Origin: an uncultured Chloroflexia bacterium
GTDB lineage: Bacteria; Chloroflexota; Limnocylindria; Limnocylindrales; CSP1-4
Direction of reading: 5' to 3'
DNA: 16,355 bases
Assembly: GCA_963768655.1 (NCBI GenBank)
Contig: CAVYIM010000001.1
Span: forward strand, 1-16,355
The notes under the pieces were generated by a model. That model ran no database searches. It was given only the letters and a program-made list of their open reading frames with translations, and was not told where the DNA came from. The position numbers and the translations under genes were made by a program. Shown piece by piece: positions 16,196 through 16,355 of the stretch (positions are counted from its first letter, which is position 1; each line of letters begins with the position of its first letter).

Positions 16196-16355
16196 CTCCT
16201 CGCTACTTCGCTCACCGGACGTTCGAGTCCGCTCGCTGTGGTGCTCGTCGGCGCCTCGGCCTGGGCTCGCCGGACCGGCGATCAGGCCCGGCTGGGGGCC
16301 CGATCCTTCGTTGCCTCCTGCGCGCGGGCCGGCCGCCGAGGGCTAGAGTTCGCGT

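Noticed and set aside
1-16355. CRISPR array or defence system
   Set aside because: No regularly spaced short repeats and no cas or recognisable defence genes.

Overview
High-GC bacterial chromosomal window; the gene style suggests a monoderm such as Chloroflexota or Actinomycetota (inference only). Left part (1-9.4 kb): ArsR-type regulator, tRNA-Asp(GTC) with terminator, ribokinase with a long low-complexity insert, a translationally coupled Fur/Zur-ZnuA-ZnuC-ZnuB-like operon with two novel-looking 7-1-7 operator boxes, and a divergent VKOR-DsbA-DsbA oxidative folding operon. Right part: a surface-glycosylation locus (flippase-like protein, GT2 polyprenol-phosphate glycosyltransferase, GT14, frameshifted GT-C-like membrane protein) with a nested mobile structure. 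A 407-bp near-identical duplication of the GT2 5' half brackets a 3472-bp unit. That unit contains a ~69-bp IS3-derived mini-element, and an IS1111-group IS110 recombinase element has inserted into one of its terminal inverted repeats. The 3' non-coding end of the IS110 folds like a bridge/seekRNA and echoes both insertion junctions.
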